From ANME-2 cluster archaeon (lineage in GTDB: Archaea > Halobacteriota > Methanosarcinia > Methanosarcinales > Methanocomedenaceae), in contig JAMJFV010000002.1 in NCBI GenBank assembly GCA_023544495.1, positions 1-34,660 on the forward strand: 34,660 nt of DNA. Reading direction: 5' to 3'. Below are positions 17,667-26,350 of this stretch, piece after piece. The notes under the pieces are model-generated. The model ran no database searches and was not told the origin of the DNA. It saw nothing but the letters and a program-made list of their open reading frames with translations. How positions within the stretch are numbered: position 1 is the stretch's first letter; every line of letters starts with the position of its first letter. The position numbers and the translations under genes were made by a program.

Positions 17667-18896
17667 ATGGCTAAATGGCTCTGTACGGTCTGTAATATCT
17701 ATATTTACAATGAAGAGAAAGGGGATTCTCTTACAGGATTAGAACCTGAAACAAAAGTTTCGGACTTTCCTGATTCCTGGAGATGTCCCGTCTGCGGAGT
17801 AGCCAGAGACAAGCTTGTTCAGATTTCCGAAGAGGAATACTGGCTAAAAGCTAAGGCTTATACGGATTTTATTGAGAAAAAGGAGCAAATAAGAAGCATT
17901 TTAGTTGGGGTGGATAATCCACAAACAACGCCTGAATTAAGACAGGAATATGGAAAACCTCTGGGCTTGCGGGGAATAGGTCAGGGACTCGGCTATCTTG
18001 CCAATTTTAAAGCACTCTCAAAATACAGTTTGAAAAAAAGGCTGATAACAGAGCATGAAGACCCTGTTACAGAAACCACGTTCCTGGGGAAAACGATATC
18101 CATCCCTATACTTGGGGCTCCTATGAGCGGTTTGAGCTATGTGAGCAATATAACCGAAGAGGACTTTGCTTATAATATCCTGGAAGGATGCAAAGTCGCA
18201 GGTACTATTGGATTTACAGGAAACACATCTAAAGACTATGAGATTATGCATCCTGCAATAATGGCTCTTAAAAGAGTCAAAGGGCACGGGGTAAACATTT
18301 TCAAGCCACAGTCGCAGGAAGTCCTTTCAGAGCTGATAAAGCAATCCGAGAATGAAAAAACAGTGGCTGTAGGTGTGGATATTGACGGCGCAGGTTCTGT
18401 AAACGTCGCGCTTTCCGGAAAGCCTGTTTTCAGGAAAACGATCGATGAACTGAAAGAACTCAAAAAATCAACAATGCTTCCTTTTATTGTAAAAGGTATC
18501 ATGTGCGAGGAGGATGCACTTGTTGCTGTTGAAGCAGGGGTTGATGTGATAGGCATTTCCAATCATGGCGGCAGGGTTATAGATTCAACTCCGGGGGTTG
18601 CGGATGTTCTTCCTGAAATTGTGAAAGCCGTAAGAGAAACGGAGGAAGGTAAAAGAGTTGTGATCACGGCAGACGGGGGAGTAAGAACAGGATTTGATGC
18701 TGTCAAGATGTTAGCTCTTGGTGCTGATTTTGTCTTGGTGGGAAGACCGCTGGCAAGAGAGGCAGTTTCAAGCGGGGTAGAAGGAGTCAAGAGAATTTTG
18801 GAAAATTTGAAAACAGATTTTAAGATCGCAATGATTATGACTTCATGCAATACGCTGGAAGACATAAATGAAAACATTCTTATCAAGAGCGGTTAG
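17667..18896 (+). CDS. Rubredoxin-fused FMN-dependent alpha-hydroxy acid dehydrogenase family protein
   Basis: N-terminal CTVC...FPDSWRCPVCG rubredoxin; GAPMSG, VKGIM, SNHGGR, DGGVRTG, GRP barrel motifs. Confidence 0.9.
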   Translation: MAKWLCTVCNIYIYNEEKGDSLTGLEPETKVSDFPDSWRCPVCGVARDKLVQISEEEYWLKAKAYTDFIEKKEQIRSILVGVDNPQTTPELRQEYGKPLGLRGIGQGLGYLANFKALSKYSLKKRLITEHEDPVTETTFLGKTISIPILGAPMSGLSYVSNITEEDFAYNILEGCKVAGTIGFTGNTSKDYEIMHPAIMALKRVKGHGVNIFKPQSQEVLSELIKQSENEKTVAVGVDIDGAGSVNVALSGKPVFRKTIDELKELKKSTMLPFIVKGIMCEEDALVAVEAGVDVIGISNHGGRVIDSTPGVADVLPEIVKAVRETEEGKRVVITADGGVRTGFDAVKMLALGADFVLVGRPLAREAVSSGVEGVKRILENLKTDFKIAMIMTSCNTLEDINENILIKSG

Positions 18897-18920
18897 CATC
18901 CATGCAGGAAATAAAATGCA

Positions 18921-19215
18921 GATTTTGATACCTGTCTTGTTCTCCATGCCGAACATTCTTTCAACGCATCCACGTTTGCTGCGGGGTGGTTGTATCAACC
19001 CGGGTAGACATGTATTCATGCGTTGGCACCGCACTGGGTGCGCTTTCGGGTGAACTCCACGGCGGCGCCAATACTCAGGTGATGAAAATCTCTTTGAAAT
19101 TGATAATGCATTGATTCTTTACGGCATTTCAGAAAGACTGGCGGAAAGAACCGGAGATGCAAAATGGTTCGAGCTATCAAGAAAGATCGAAAATGTGGTA
19201 AGGGAATACGCCTAA
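18921..19215 (+). pseudogene. Citrate synthase remnant (5'-truncated, frameshifted, internally deleted)
   Basis: Manual translation DFDTCLVLHAEHSFNASTFAA / shift / VVVSTRVDMYSCVGTALGALSGELHGGANTQVMK / ...ISERLAERTGDAKWFELSRKIENVVREYA*, containing the HxxHxxNASTF and LHGGAN motifs. Confidence 0.85.
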
Positions 19216-19239
19216 AATTTACATTCGCCGCCTTTCATT

Positions 19240-20607
19240 TCAGTATACCGATACAGATTTGATGTTCATGAATTCATAGAGCCCGAATTTAGAGAGCTCT
19301 CTTCCAATACCGCTTTTCTTCACTCCCCCGAAAGGAAGGCGCGGGTCGGACTTGACGAGTGAATTTACAACTACAACGCCTGCTTCAATCTCTTTTGCAA
19401 GACGAAGTGCTTTGTCCCTGTCCTCGCTCCATATACTTGCCCCAAGCCCAAGCTCTGATTCATTAGCCACTTTTATCGCGGAAGACTCATCTTTCACTGG
19501 AATTACAGGCGCCACAGGACCAAAGGTCTCCTCCTTTAACACCTTCATTTCCTGTGTTACATTTGAAAGTACGATAGGAGAATAGAAGAACCCATTCTTT
19601 TGAAGTCTTCCTCCCTCAAGCAGAGCTTTTGCTCCTTTCGATAAAGCATCCTTCACCTGCTCTTCAAGGAGTTCTATCTGCTCCTCCCTCACAAGCGGGC
19701 CTATATCAGTATCAGGATCCATAGGGTCGCCGACTTTAAGGTTAGAAGCATGCTCAACAAATTTTGTGGTAAACTCTTCCGCTATACTTTCTTCGACTAT
19801 GAAGCGTTTTGCGGCGATACAGCTCTGACCTGCATCGAGAAACCTGCTGGCAACAGCAATCTTCGCAGCTTTTTCAATATCGGCATCCGCAAGAACAATG
19901 AAAGGATCGCTTCCACCAAGTTCGAGGACGAACTTTTTCATGTTCCGCCCGCAAACCTCTGCCACCTTCTGTCCTGAGGAAACACTCCCTGTCAAGGATA
20001 CTGCGTCTATCTCCTTTCTCTTGATAAGCGATGATGCAGTTGATCCATCTATCAGTAATGTCTGGAAGACCCCGTCGGGAAAACCTGCCTCTGAAAAAAT
20101 CTTTTCGAGTTCAAGTGCGCATAAGGGAACGTAGCTTGAATGTTTGAGCAATACAACATTCCCGCCTGATAGTGCCGGGGAAGCGAAACGCAAAGCCTGC
20201 CAGAATGGAAAGTTCCAGGGCATGATACACAGTATCGTTCCACGCGGTTCAAATGAAACATACGCTTTCTGTGCATCTGTTTCCACGATCTCATGCTCCA
20301 AAAACCGCTCAGTATTCTGCGCGAAGTACTCAAGAGCCCATGCGCATTTTTCAACCTCGGGTATTGATTCTTTTATGGGTTTACCCATTTCCGATGTGAT
20401 AATTTCACCAAGTTCCTTCTTCCGTCTTCGCAGCACATTCGCAGCGTTTGTAAGATATTCTGCCCTGTCAGAGATATCCAGGTTCTTCCATTCTGAAAAG
20501 GCATTCCTGGACTTTCTAACTGCTTCGTTTATCTTTTCCTGTGAATAAAGTTCGAATTCCCTGTTAATGTCCCCTGTGGCAGGGTTAATAGAGACCATCT
20601 TTTTCAT
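19240..20607 (-). CDS. NAD(P)-dependent succinate-semialdehyde dehydrogenase-type aldehyde dehydrogenase
   Basis: INPATG, IMPWNFPFWQ, LTGS, LELGGSDPF, GQSCIAAKRF, EETFGP, PFGGVKKSGIGRELS. Confidence 0.9.
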   Translation of the reverse strand: MKKMVSINPATGDINREFELYSQEKINEAVRKSRNAFSEWKNLDISDRAEYLTNAANVLRRRKKELGEIITSEMGKPIKESIPEVEKCAWALEYFAQNTERFLEHEIVETDAQKAYVSFEPRGTILCIMPWNFPFWQALRFASPALSGGNVVLLKHSSYVPLCALELEKIFSEAGFPDGVFQTLLIDGSTASSLIKRKEIDAVSLTGSVSSGQKVAEVCGRNMKKFVLELGGSDPFIVLADADIEKAAKIAVASRFLDAGQSCIAAKRFIVEESIAEEFTTKFVEHASNLKVGDPMDPDTDIGPLVREEQIELLEEQVKDALSKGAKALLEGGRLQKNGFFYSPIVLSNVTQEMKVLKEETFGPVAPVIPVKDESSAIKVANESELGLGASIWSEDRDKALRLAKEIEAGVVVVNSLVKSDPRLPFGGVKKSGIGRELSKFGLYEFMNIKSVSVY

Positions 20608-20611
20608 TGTT

Positions 20612-23386
20612 TCAACTCCTTTTATTACTTAATATATTTCTCAGGAATGTATGCAGGATGCCGCCATTTCTATAAAATTCCATTTCAATTGGTGAGTCCA
20701 GTCTTGCCATGACGTTAAATTTCTTTTCTTTTCCATTTTCATCTCTTGCAACCACTTGTAGCTCTCCCCCCGGCTCCATGGTACTTATGCCCAGGATATT
20801 CAATGTTTCACCTCCCTTGATGCCCAGCCCATCTGCGTTCTCCTCTTTCATGAACTGCAGCGGCAGAACGCCCATTCCCACGAGGTTGCTCCTGTGGATA
20901 CGCTCAAAGGATTCAGCTATTACCGCGCTGACCCCAAGAAGACATGTGCCCTTGGCAGCCCAATCGCGGGAACTGCCTGTGCCGTATTCTTTCCCTGCTA
21001 TGATGACCAGAGGGATGTCATTCTTTTTGTAAAGCATCGCTGCATCGTAAATTGTCATCTCTTTTCCAGAAGGAAAATAACGAGTCCATCCTCCATCTTT
21101 ATCAGGAACCAGCCTGTTCCTGAGATTTATGTTTCCAAATGTTCCCCGCATCATTACCTCATGATTTCCCCTCCTTGACCCGAAGGAATTGAAATCTTTC
21201 GGAGCCACCCCACAGGATATCAGATACTGTCCTGCAAGAGAATCTTGAGAAAATTCCCCGGCCGGGGAAATGTGATCCGTGGTGATGCTGTCTCCCATAT
21301 ATGCAAGTACACGCAGACCCCTCAAGTCGCCCTTTTCAGGAAGCTTTACCAGGAAATCCTTGAAGAAAGGAGGCTCCTGGATATATGTTGATCCGCTGTC
21401 CCATTCATAGAGTTTGCCGGAAGGGACTTTAAGATTCTCCCATAGCTCTGTGCCGCCTGATATCTCTGAATACTGTTCAAACAAGTGAGGGCTGATGGTG
21501 TTTTTTATAACCTGCCGGATTTCCTCCTGATCTGGCCAGATATCGTTTAGATATACAGGCTCGCCATTCGGGTCGTATCCGATGGGTTCTGTCTTAAGAT
21601 CGATATCTACAGTACCAGATATAGCATATGCTACCACCAATGGAGGCGAGGAAAGGTAATTTGCTTTGACGAGCGGGTTAATCCTGCCCTCAAAATTACG
21701 GTTTCCACTTAATACCGAAGCGACTATCAGATCATCTTCTTTCACCGCCCTGGCAATGTTCTCCGGGATCGGACCGCTGTTGCCTATGCATGTCGTACAT
21801 CCATATCCCACGAGATGGAATCCCAGAGCCTCAAGATAAGGCATGAGTCCTGAGTTCACAAGGTATTCGCTGACAACACGCGAACCCGGAGCAAGGCTCG
21901 TTTTAACATATGGCTTGACCTTGAGTCCTCGCTTTACAGCGTTTTTTGCGAGAAGACCCGCTCCGATCATCACAGAAGGGTTTGAAGTGTTGGTGCATGA
22001 GGTTATGGCTGCGATTACTATAGAGCCGCTTTTTACCGGGACTTTCATCTCATATTTTGCGTCAAGCTCTTCCCTTCCAGTATGTTCATGCTCGACCCTG
22101 AAGCTTCCCCCCTCCCCCAGCCAGCGGTGATATTCATGATCCGCTTCTACCTCGGTTTTTTTACGGAGAAACGTCTCCTCCATGGCCTTATGGAAACTTG
22201 CTTCCATTTCATCAAGAGGTATACAATCCTGAGGTAGTTTCGGTCCAGCAAGGCTTGGTTCAACGGTGCTCATGTCAAGTTCCAATATCTCGCTAAACAG
22301 AGGTTCGGGACTTTCATCGGTGCTGAAGAGACCCTGCTCAATTGCATATAATTTAACCAGATTAACGTGCTCCTTTTTCCTTCCCGTAATCAGGAGATAC
22401 TTTAACGTTTCATCATCGATTGGAAAGAATCCCACAGTTGCGCCGTATTCGGGAGCCATATTTGAGATGGTAGCCCTTTCGGGCAGGCTCAATGTGCTCA
22501 AACCTGGCCCGTAAAATTCAACGAATTTGCCCACAACTTTGTGCATCCTTAATATCCGGGTAATGGTAAGAACAAGATCGGTGGCCGTCACTCCATCCTT
22601 CAATTCACCATAAAGCCTGAACCCCACAACTTCAGGAACAGGCATGTGGTATGGCTGGCCCAGCATAACCGCTTCTGCTTCTATCCCTCCAACACCCCAT
22701 CCCAGCACTCCCAGGCTATTTATCATCGTGGTATGGGAATCCATCCCGACAAGGGTATCAGGATAAGCGACAGGTTCGCCGTTCACTCTCTTGACCTGTA
22801 CCACTGATGCAAGATATTCAAGATTTACCTGATGGACTATTCCTCTGCCCGGCGGAACGACACGAAAATTATCAAAAGCCTGCTGCCCCCATCGAAGAAC
22901 GGCATACCTCTCGCGGTTCCGCTCAAGTTCCTTTTTCTCATTATAAGCACTGGCGTACGAGGTGCCGTAATAATCCACCTGGATGGAATGGTCAATAACC
23001 AGGTCTGCTGGTATAACAGGATTGATCTTTGCCGACTCGCCCCCAAGCCTCTGAACGGCCGACCTCATGGCAGCCAGGTCAACCACTGCGGGAACTCCTG
23101 TGAAATCCTGCAGAAGCACCCTTGCAGGAATAAAAGGTATTTCGCGCTCAACTCTATTTTTTGGATCCCATCCTGCTAATGATTCAACATCCTTTTCGGT
23201 TATAATTCGCCCATCCAAATGCCGCAAGAGCGCTTCAAGCAGTATCCTGATGGAGTATGGAAAGAGAGAGATTTTTCCTAACCCCATCTCCTCAAGTCTG
23301 CTGAGGCGGTAGATTGCTACACGACCCCTGCCAGTATCGATAAAATCTTTAACCCCAAATGGATTCATATCAGCACTCATATCCAT
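20612..23386 (-). CDS. acnA: Aconitate hydratase A
   Basis: RVLLQDFTGVPAVVDLAAMR, DHS, GIVHQVNLE, DSHT, AAITSCTNTSNP, GYGCTTCIGNSG, SGNRNFEGR, TTDHISPAG, GSSRDWAAKG. Confidence 0.96.
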   Translation of the reverse strand: MDMSADMNPFGVKDFIDTGRGRVAIYRLSRLEEMGLGKISLFPYSIRILLEALLRHLDGRIITEKDVESLAGWDPKNRVEREIPFIPARVLLQDFTGVPAVVDLAAMRSAVQRLGGESAKINPVIPADLVIDHSIQVDYYGTSYASAYNEKKELERNRERYAVLRWGQQAFDNFRVVPPGRGIVHQVNLEYLASVVQVKRVNGEPVAYPDTLVGMDSHTTMINSLGVLGWGVGGIEAEAVMLGQPYHMPVPEVVGFRLYGELKDGVTATDLVLTITRILRMHKVVGKFVEFYGPGLSTLSLPERATISNMAPEYGATVGFFPIDDETLKYLLITGRKKEHVNLVKLYAIEQGLFSTDESPEPLFSEILELDMSTVEPSLAGPKLPQDCIPLDEMEASFHKAMEETFLRKKTEVEADHEYHRWLGEGGSFRVEHEHTGREELDAKYEMKVPVKSGSIVIAAITSCTNTSNPSVMIGAGLLAKNAVKRGLKVKPYVKTSLAPGSRVVSEYLVNSGLMPYLEALGFHLVGYGCTTCIGNSGPIPENIARAVKEDDLIVASVLSGNRNFEGRINPLVKANYLSSPPLVVAYAISGTVDIDLKTEPIGYDPNGEPVYLNDIWPDQEEIRQVIKNTISPHLFEQYSEISGGTELWENLKVPSGKLYEWDSGSTYIQEPPFFKDFLVKLPEKGDLRGLRVLAYMGDSITTDHISPAGEFSQDSLAGQYLISCGVAPKDFNSFGSRRGNHEVMMRGTFGNINLRNRLVPDKDGGWTRYFPSGKEMTIYDAAMLYKKNDIPLVIIAGKEYGTGSSRDWAAKGTCLLGVSAVIAESFERIHRSNLVGMGVLPLQFMKEENADGLGIKGGETLNILGISTMEPGGELQVVARDENGKEKKFNVMARLDSPIEMEFYRNGGILHTFLRNILSNKRS

Positions 23387-23778
23387 TTATTCGCTTTTAA
23401 CTCCTTCCCCAGACCTCATTATTCTATCTATCAAACCATACTCCACTGCATCCTCTGCTGACAAGAAGAAGTCCCTGTCCGTATCTTTCTCAATGACCTC
23501 TATGGGTTGCCCCGTGTGATGGACCAGGATTTCATTGAGATGTTCTTTGACCCTTGCCATCTCTTTTGCCTGAATAGCGATATCCGATGCCTGTCCCTGT
23601 GCGCCCCCGAGGGGCTGGTGAATCATCACCCTTGCATTGGGAAATGCCATCCTTTTTCCCTTTGCTCCCGCTGCCACACCTGTGAGGAGTATTATCTGGT
23701 CGTCCAGCAGGCGGGAATAAATATCCAGCGTATGCGGGGGGTTTGCTCTGATACATAAAGCATTTTTGGAATTACCAT
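23387..23778 (-). pseudogene. clpP: ClpP protease pseudogene (frameshift plus internal deletion removing the catalytic Ser region)
   Basis: AGGAGG RBS then [15 protein letters not shown] / shift / [17 protein letters not shown] joined directly to [33 protein letters not shown]...[20 protein letters not shown]. Confidence 0.88.
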
Positions 23779-23812
23779 TGTTTTGTCCTCCTTTAATGTT
23801 TAAATTAATATA

Positions 23813-24262
23813 TCACATCAAACTGAAATCCATTTTTGAAATGATGAGATTATTGCAAACTGACATGATCCCACTATAGAAAATAATACCCAAAAATAGC
23901 GCTGTGAACCATAAAAGAAAAACAATTCTCATGGGGATAATGGTCTTCCTGATCAATCTATCAAATGCAAAGAATACGCCTCCGAACAATGCCAGCGATC
24001 CAATAGCCGCATGCAGAATTAGCAAATTCCCGGTAATATCAAGAAATAACGCCCCAGTCAGGAGATGAGATATTATAGAATATCCCATCCATATCAAAGA
24101 TACGAATCCCAAAAAGACAGCGAACCTTGCCAATTTAAAATGTTTTGAAAGATCGTTTCTTTTTACAAACACACTGGCAGAAAAAAGGATAATAAAACCT
24201 GCAATCTGAAAGACTAAGGTCATATCTGCAAATGAGCTTGCCACAGTTCCAAGAAAACCCAT
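23813..24262 (-). CDS. Four-TM membrane protein, DUF420-like
   Basis: MGFLGTVASSFADMTLVFQ start, KH after TM1, His in TM3; same pattern as 8625-9035. Confidence 0.6.
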   Translation of the reverse strand: MGFLGTVASSFADMTLVFQIAGFIILFSASVFVKRNDLSKHFKLARFAVFLGFVSLIWMGYSIISHLLTGALFLDITGNLLILHAAIGSLALFGGVFFAFDRLIRKTIIPMRIVFLLWFTALFLGIIFYSGIMSVCNNLIISKMDFSLM

Positions 24263-24297
24263 ACAGACTTCGTCCTTTTAAATTTCCGGATGCATTT

Positions 24298-24840
24298 CTA
24301 TCTAAGGTCACTTGACCATACGTAATCATTGGTTTTGTCTTTGAAGATATCTTTTGGCAGAGCGTGGCAGTCGATGCATCCTTCTACCTTCCCCTCGGCA
24401 TCTATCGTGCCATCTGGCTGGTACTTAGCCCAGAACCAGTCATTGTGAGCCGGATCGTAGCCTTTTTCTTTGTACATAACTGTTATTGCGGCCAGTTTTT
24501 TGTCAGGACCATAGTTTTCTTTTACTATTATGCTCTCTTCAGGCAGGATTCCTTTTTTGCCTTCTATTGCTGCAAAAGCGTCATCGTTCACGTATGTTGT
24601 CAGAAAAGCACCATGCGGTTCGCTTGGTTTTTCTGTTGACTTTGGATATATTTCACCCGTGCCGGGCCACTTCTTCCAGTTTTTATAGTTCTCTTTTATT
24701 ATAAAGTCGTATACAGATTTCCCATCAGCCTTGAGTTCTGTCTCTGGTGGCGCACTTACACAGCCCAGAAAAATTGACACCATAAATATAGCCAATATTG
24801 CGTATGCAATGCTTTTCATTTCCATAATTTCTACTCCCAT
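24298..24840 (-). CDS. Cytochrome P460 family lipoprotein
   Basis: Lipobox FLGC; NYKNW, TYVN, LPEESIIVKE, VMYK, DWFWAKY and a single C-terminal CIDCH followed by DYVW. Confidence 0.85.
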   Translation of the reverse strand: MGVEIMEMKSIAYAILAIFMVSIFLGCVSAPPETELKADGKSVYDFIIKENYKNWKKWPGTGEIYPKSTEKPSEPHGAFLTTYVNDDAFAAIEGKKGILPEESIIVKENYGPDKKLAAITVMYKEKGYDPAHNDWFWAKYQPDGTIDAEGKVEGCIDCHALPKDIFKDKTNDYVWSSDLR

Positions 24841-24869
24841 CTATTTATTCATTGAGATGACATATATAA

Positions 24870-25050
24870 CTATCTTTCTCGAACTATTAATTGACCTTCC
24901 ATTCCTAAATCCCTGTGATTTGCCACTTCTCACCACATCTTAGAATATTCCTGATTTATCCGCAACAAATTCCATAACCTGATTTTTCCCGGAAGACGCC
25001 ACGTTAACCCTTTGATCATATCCTTCCACAAACAGGTCATGTGTACCCTG
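24870..25050 (-). pseudogene. Cupredoxin (type 1 copper) C-terminal remnant
   Basis: QGTHDLFVEGYDQRVNVASSGKNQVMEFVADKSGIF / +1 shift / KMW*EVANHRDLGMEGQLIVRER*. H...C-x4-H-x4-M ligand pattern with TGA at the Cys position. Confidence 0.75.
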
Positions 25051-25423
25051 CATGCCCATAACTCTCGTAAAAAGGCTCGAAAATGATAACCTCATCTCCC
25101 TCGTTTATGATTGCAAGCATGGCAGCCATTAAAGCTTCCGTGGCTCCGCAAGTTACCGTAATTTCAGTTTCTGGGTCAGCTTCGATGTGATTGTATTTGA
25201 GGGCTTTTCGAGAGATTGCATTTCGGAGATCTTTTCCGCCCCACGTGATGGAATATTGATTGTAGTCTTCCAAAATTGCAGATGCGGCAACGTGCTTTAT
25301 CTCATCCGGAGCCGGAAAGTCAGGAAATCCCTGGGCAAGGTTCACGGCATGACGTGTTACTGCAAGCCGGGACATGTCGCAAATTACCGATTCGGTAAAA
25401 TGTTCCAGTCTGTGAGATAACAT
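25037..25423 (-). pseudogene. Class I/II PLP aminotransferase, N-terminal third only
   Basis: FTESVI, AVNLAQGFPDFPAP, NQY, ITVTCGATEA, GDEVIIFEPFYESY; ends at 128 aa, before the PLP Lys region. Confidence 0.85.
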
Positions 25424-25426
25424 CGA

Positions 25427-26125
25427 TCAGTACCCCGGAAAATTTTCACTATGTATCATAGCGTCTTGAATTTTCAATGTCTTAAGAATTTCAATTGAAC
25501 TTGTTACCAGGGACGGTGGACCGCATACATAGAAAACACATTCTTTATAATCGGGTATCTCTTCTTCAATAATCTGAACGTCTATATGGCCTCTCCTTCC
25601 TTTCCATTTCTCATCCGGCTGGGACAGTGTATGGATTACCCTGAGGTTTTGATTTGCCTTTTCAAGGCGGTCCAACTCTTCCTTGAAAACTATGTTTTCT
25701 TCATTCCTGTTTCCGAATAAAAAAGTAATACGGGAGTTCATTCCCTTATCCGTGCAGTATTTAATCATGCTCCTGAGAGGCGTTATGCCGATGCCCCCTG
25801 TTATCATCACTACTCTGGGATATTCGCCTTTGAAGGTAAAATCTCCATAGGGAGCATTAAGGTATGCCCAGTCTCCGATTTTGAGCATGTCAAGAGCGAC
25901 TGAGAACTCATGGTCTGTGATCTTTTTTGTGAATTCAATGAACTCTTTTTCTGTCGGACTGCTTGATATCGTAAAATGCTTTGTGATTTTTTTACCCTCG
26001 TTCAGAATTGTTACGAATAAAAATTGACCGGGATCGTAGTCAAACCCCTTCGGTCTCCTGAACCTGAAGCTCTTTACATCTGGTGTCCGTTTTATTATCT
26101 CTTCCACTCTGGTTTCAAATTTCAT
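25427..26125 (-). CDS. FAD/NAD(P)-binding oxidoreductase, ferredoxin-NADP reductase family
   Basis: PGQF, HFTISSSP, PYGDF, GGIGITP, YVCGPP, ENFPGY. Confidence 0.9.
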   Translation of the reverse strand: MKFETRVEEIIKRTPDVKSFRFRRPKGFDYDPGQFLFVTILNEGKKITKHFTISSSPTEKEFIEFTKKITDHEFSVALDMLKIGDWAYLNAPYGDFTFKGEYPRVVMITGGIGITPLRSMIKYCTDKGMNSRITFLFGNRNEENIVFKEELDRLEKANQNLRVIHTLSQPDEKWKGRRGHIDVQIIEEEIPDYKECVFYVCGPPSLVTSSIEILKTLKIQDAMIHSENFPGY

Positions 26126-26128
26126 AAA

Positions 26129-26332
26129 TCAACCAACCTCTTTTCTACTGCTATCGAACTCTGCCGCTTCCTTCGCTAAAAAGTACCCCATCACCGTTCT
26201 GATGCTGACAGTAGCACCAAGGAAGAGAATCTCTTCCCGGCTGGGAGCAACAATCGTCCTCAAGATGTATGTGGACAAGAGCCCAGGGGGAAAACCTGAC
26301 TTTTTTGACCTTTTCTTAATGGGTACGACCAT
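26129..26332 (-). pseudogene. DUF1622-like membrane protein remnant
   Basis: ILRTIVAPSREEILFLGATVSIRTVMGYFLAKE matches the DUF1622 C-terminal pattern; the N-terminal TM and GLEF motif are absent. Confidence 0.6.
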
Positions 26333-26350
26333 TGTATATGCCTCTATTCC

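Noticed and set aside
18843..19053. Short ORFs 18843-19034 (-) and 18868-19053 (+)
   Set aside because: Off-frame or antisense readings of the citrate synthase remnant.
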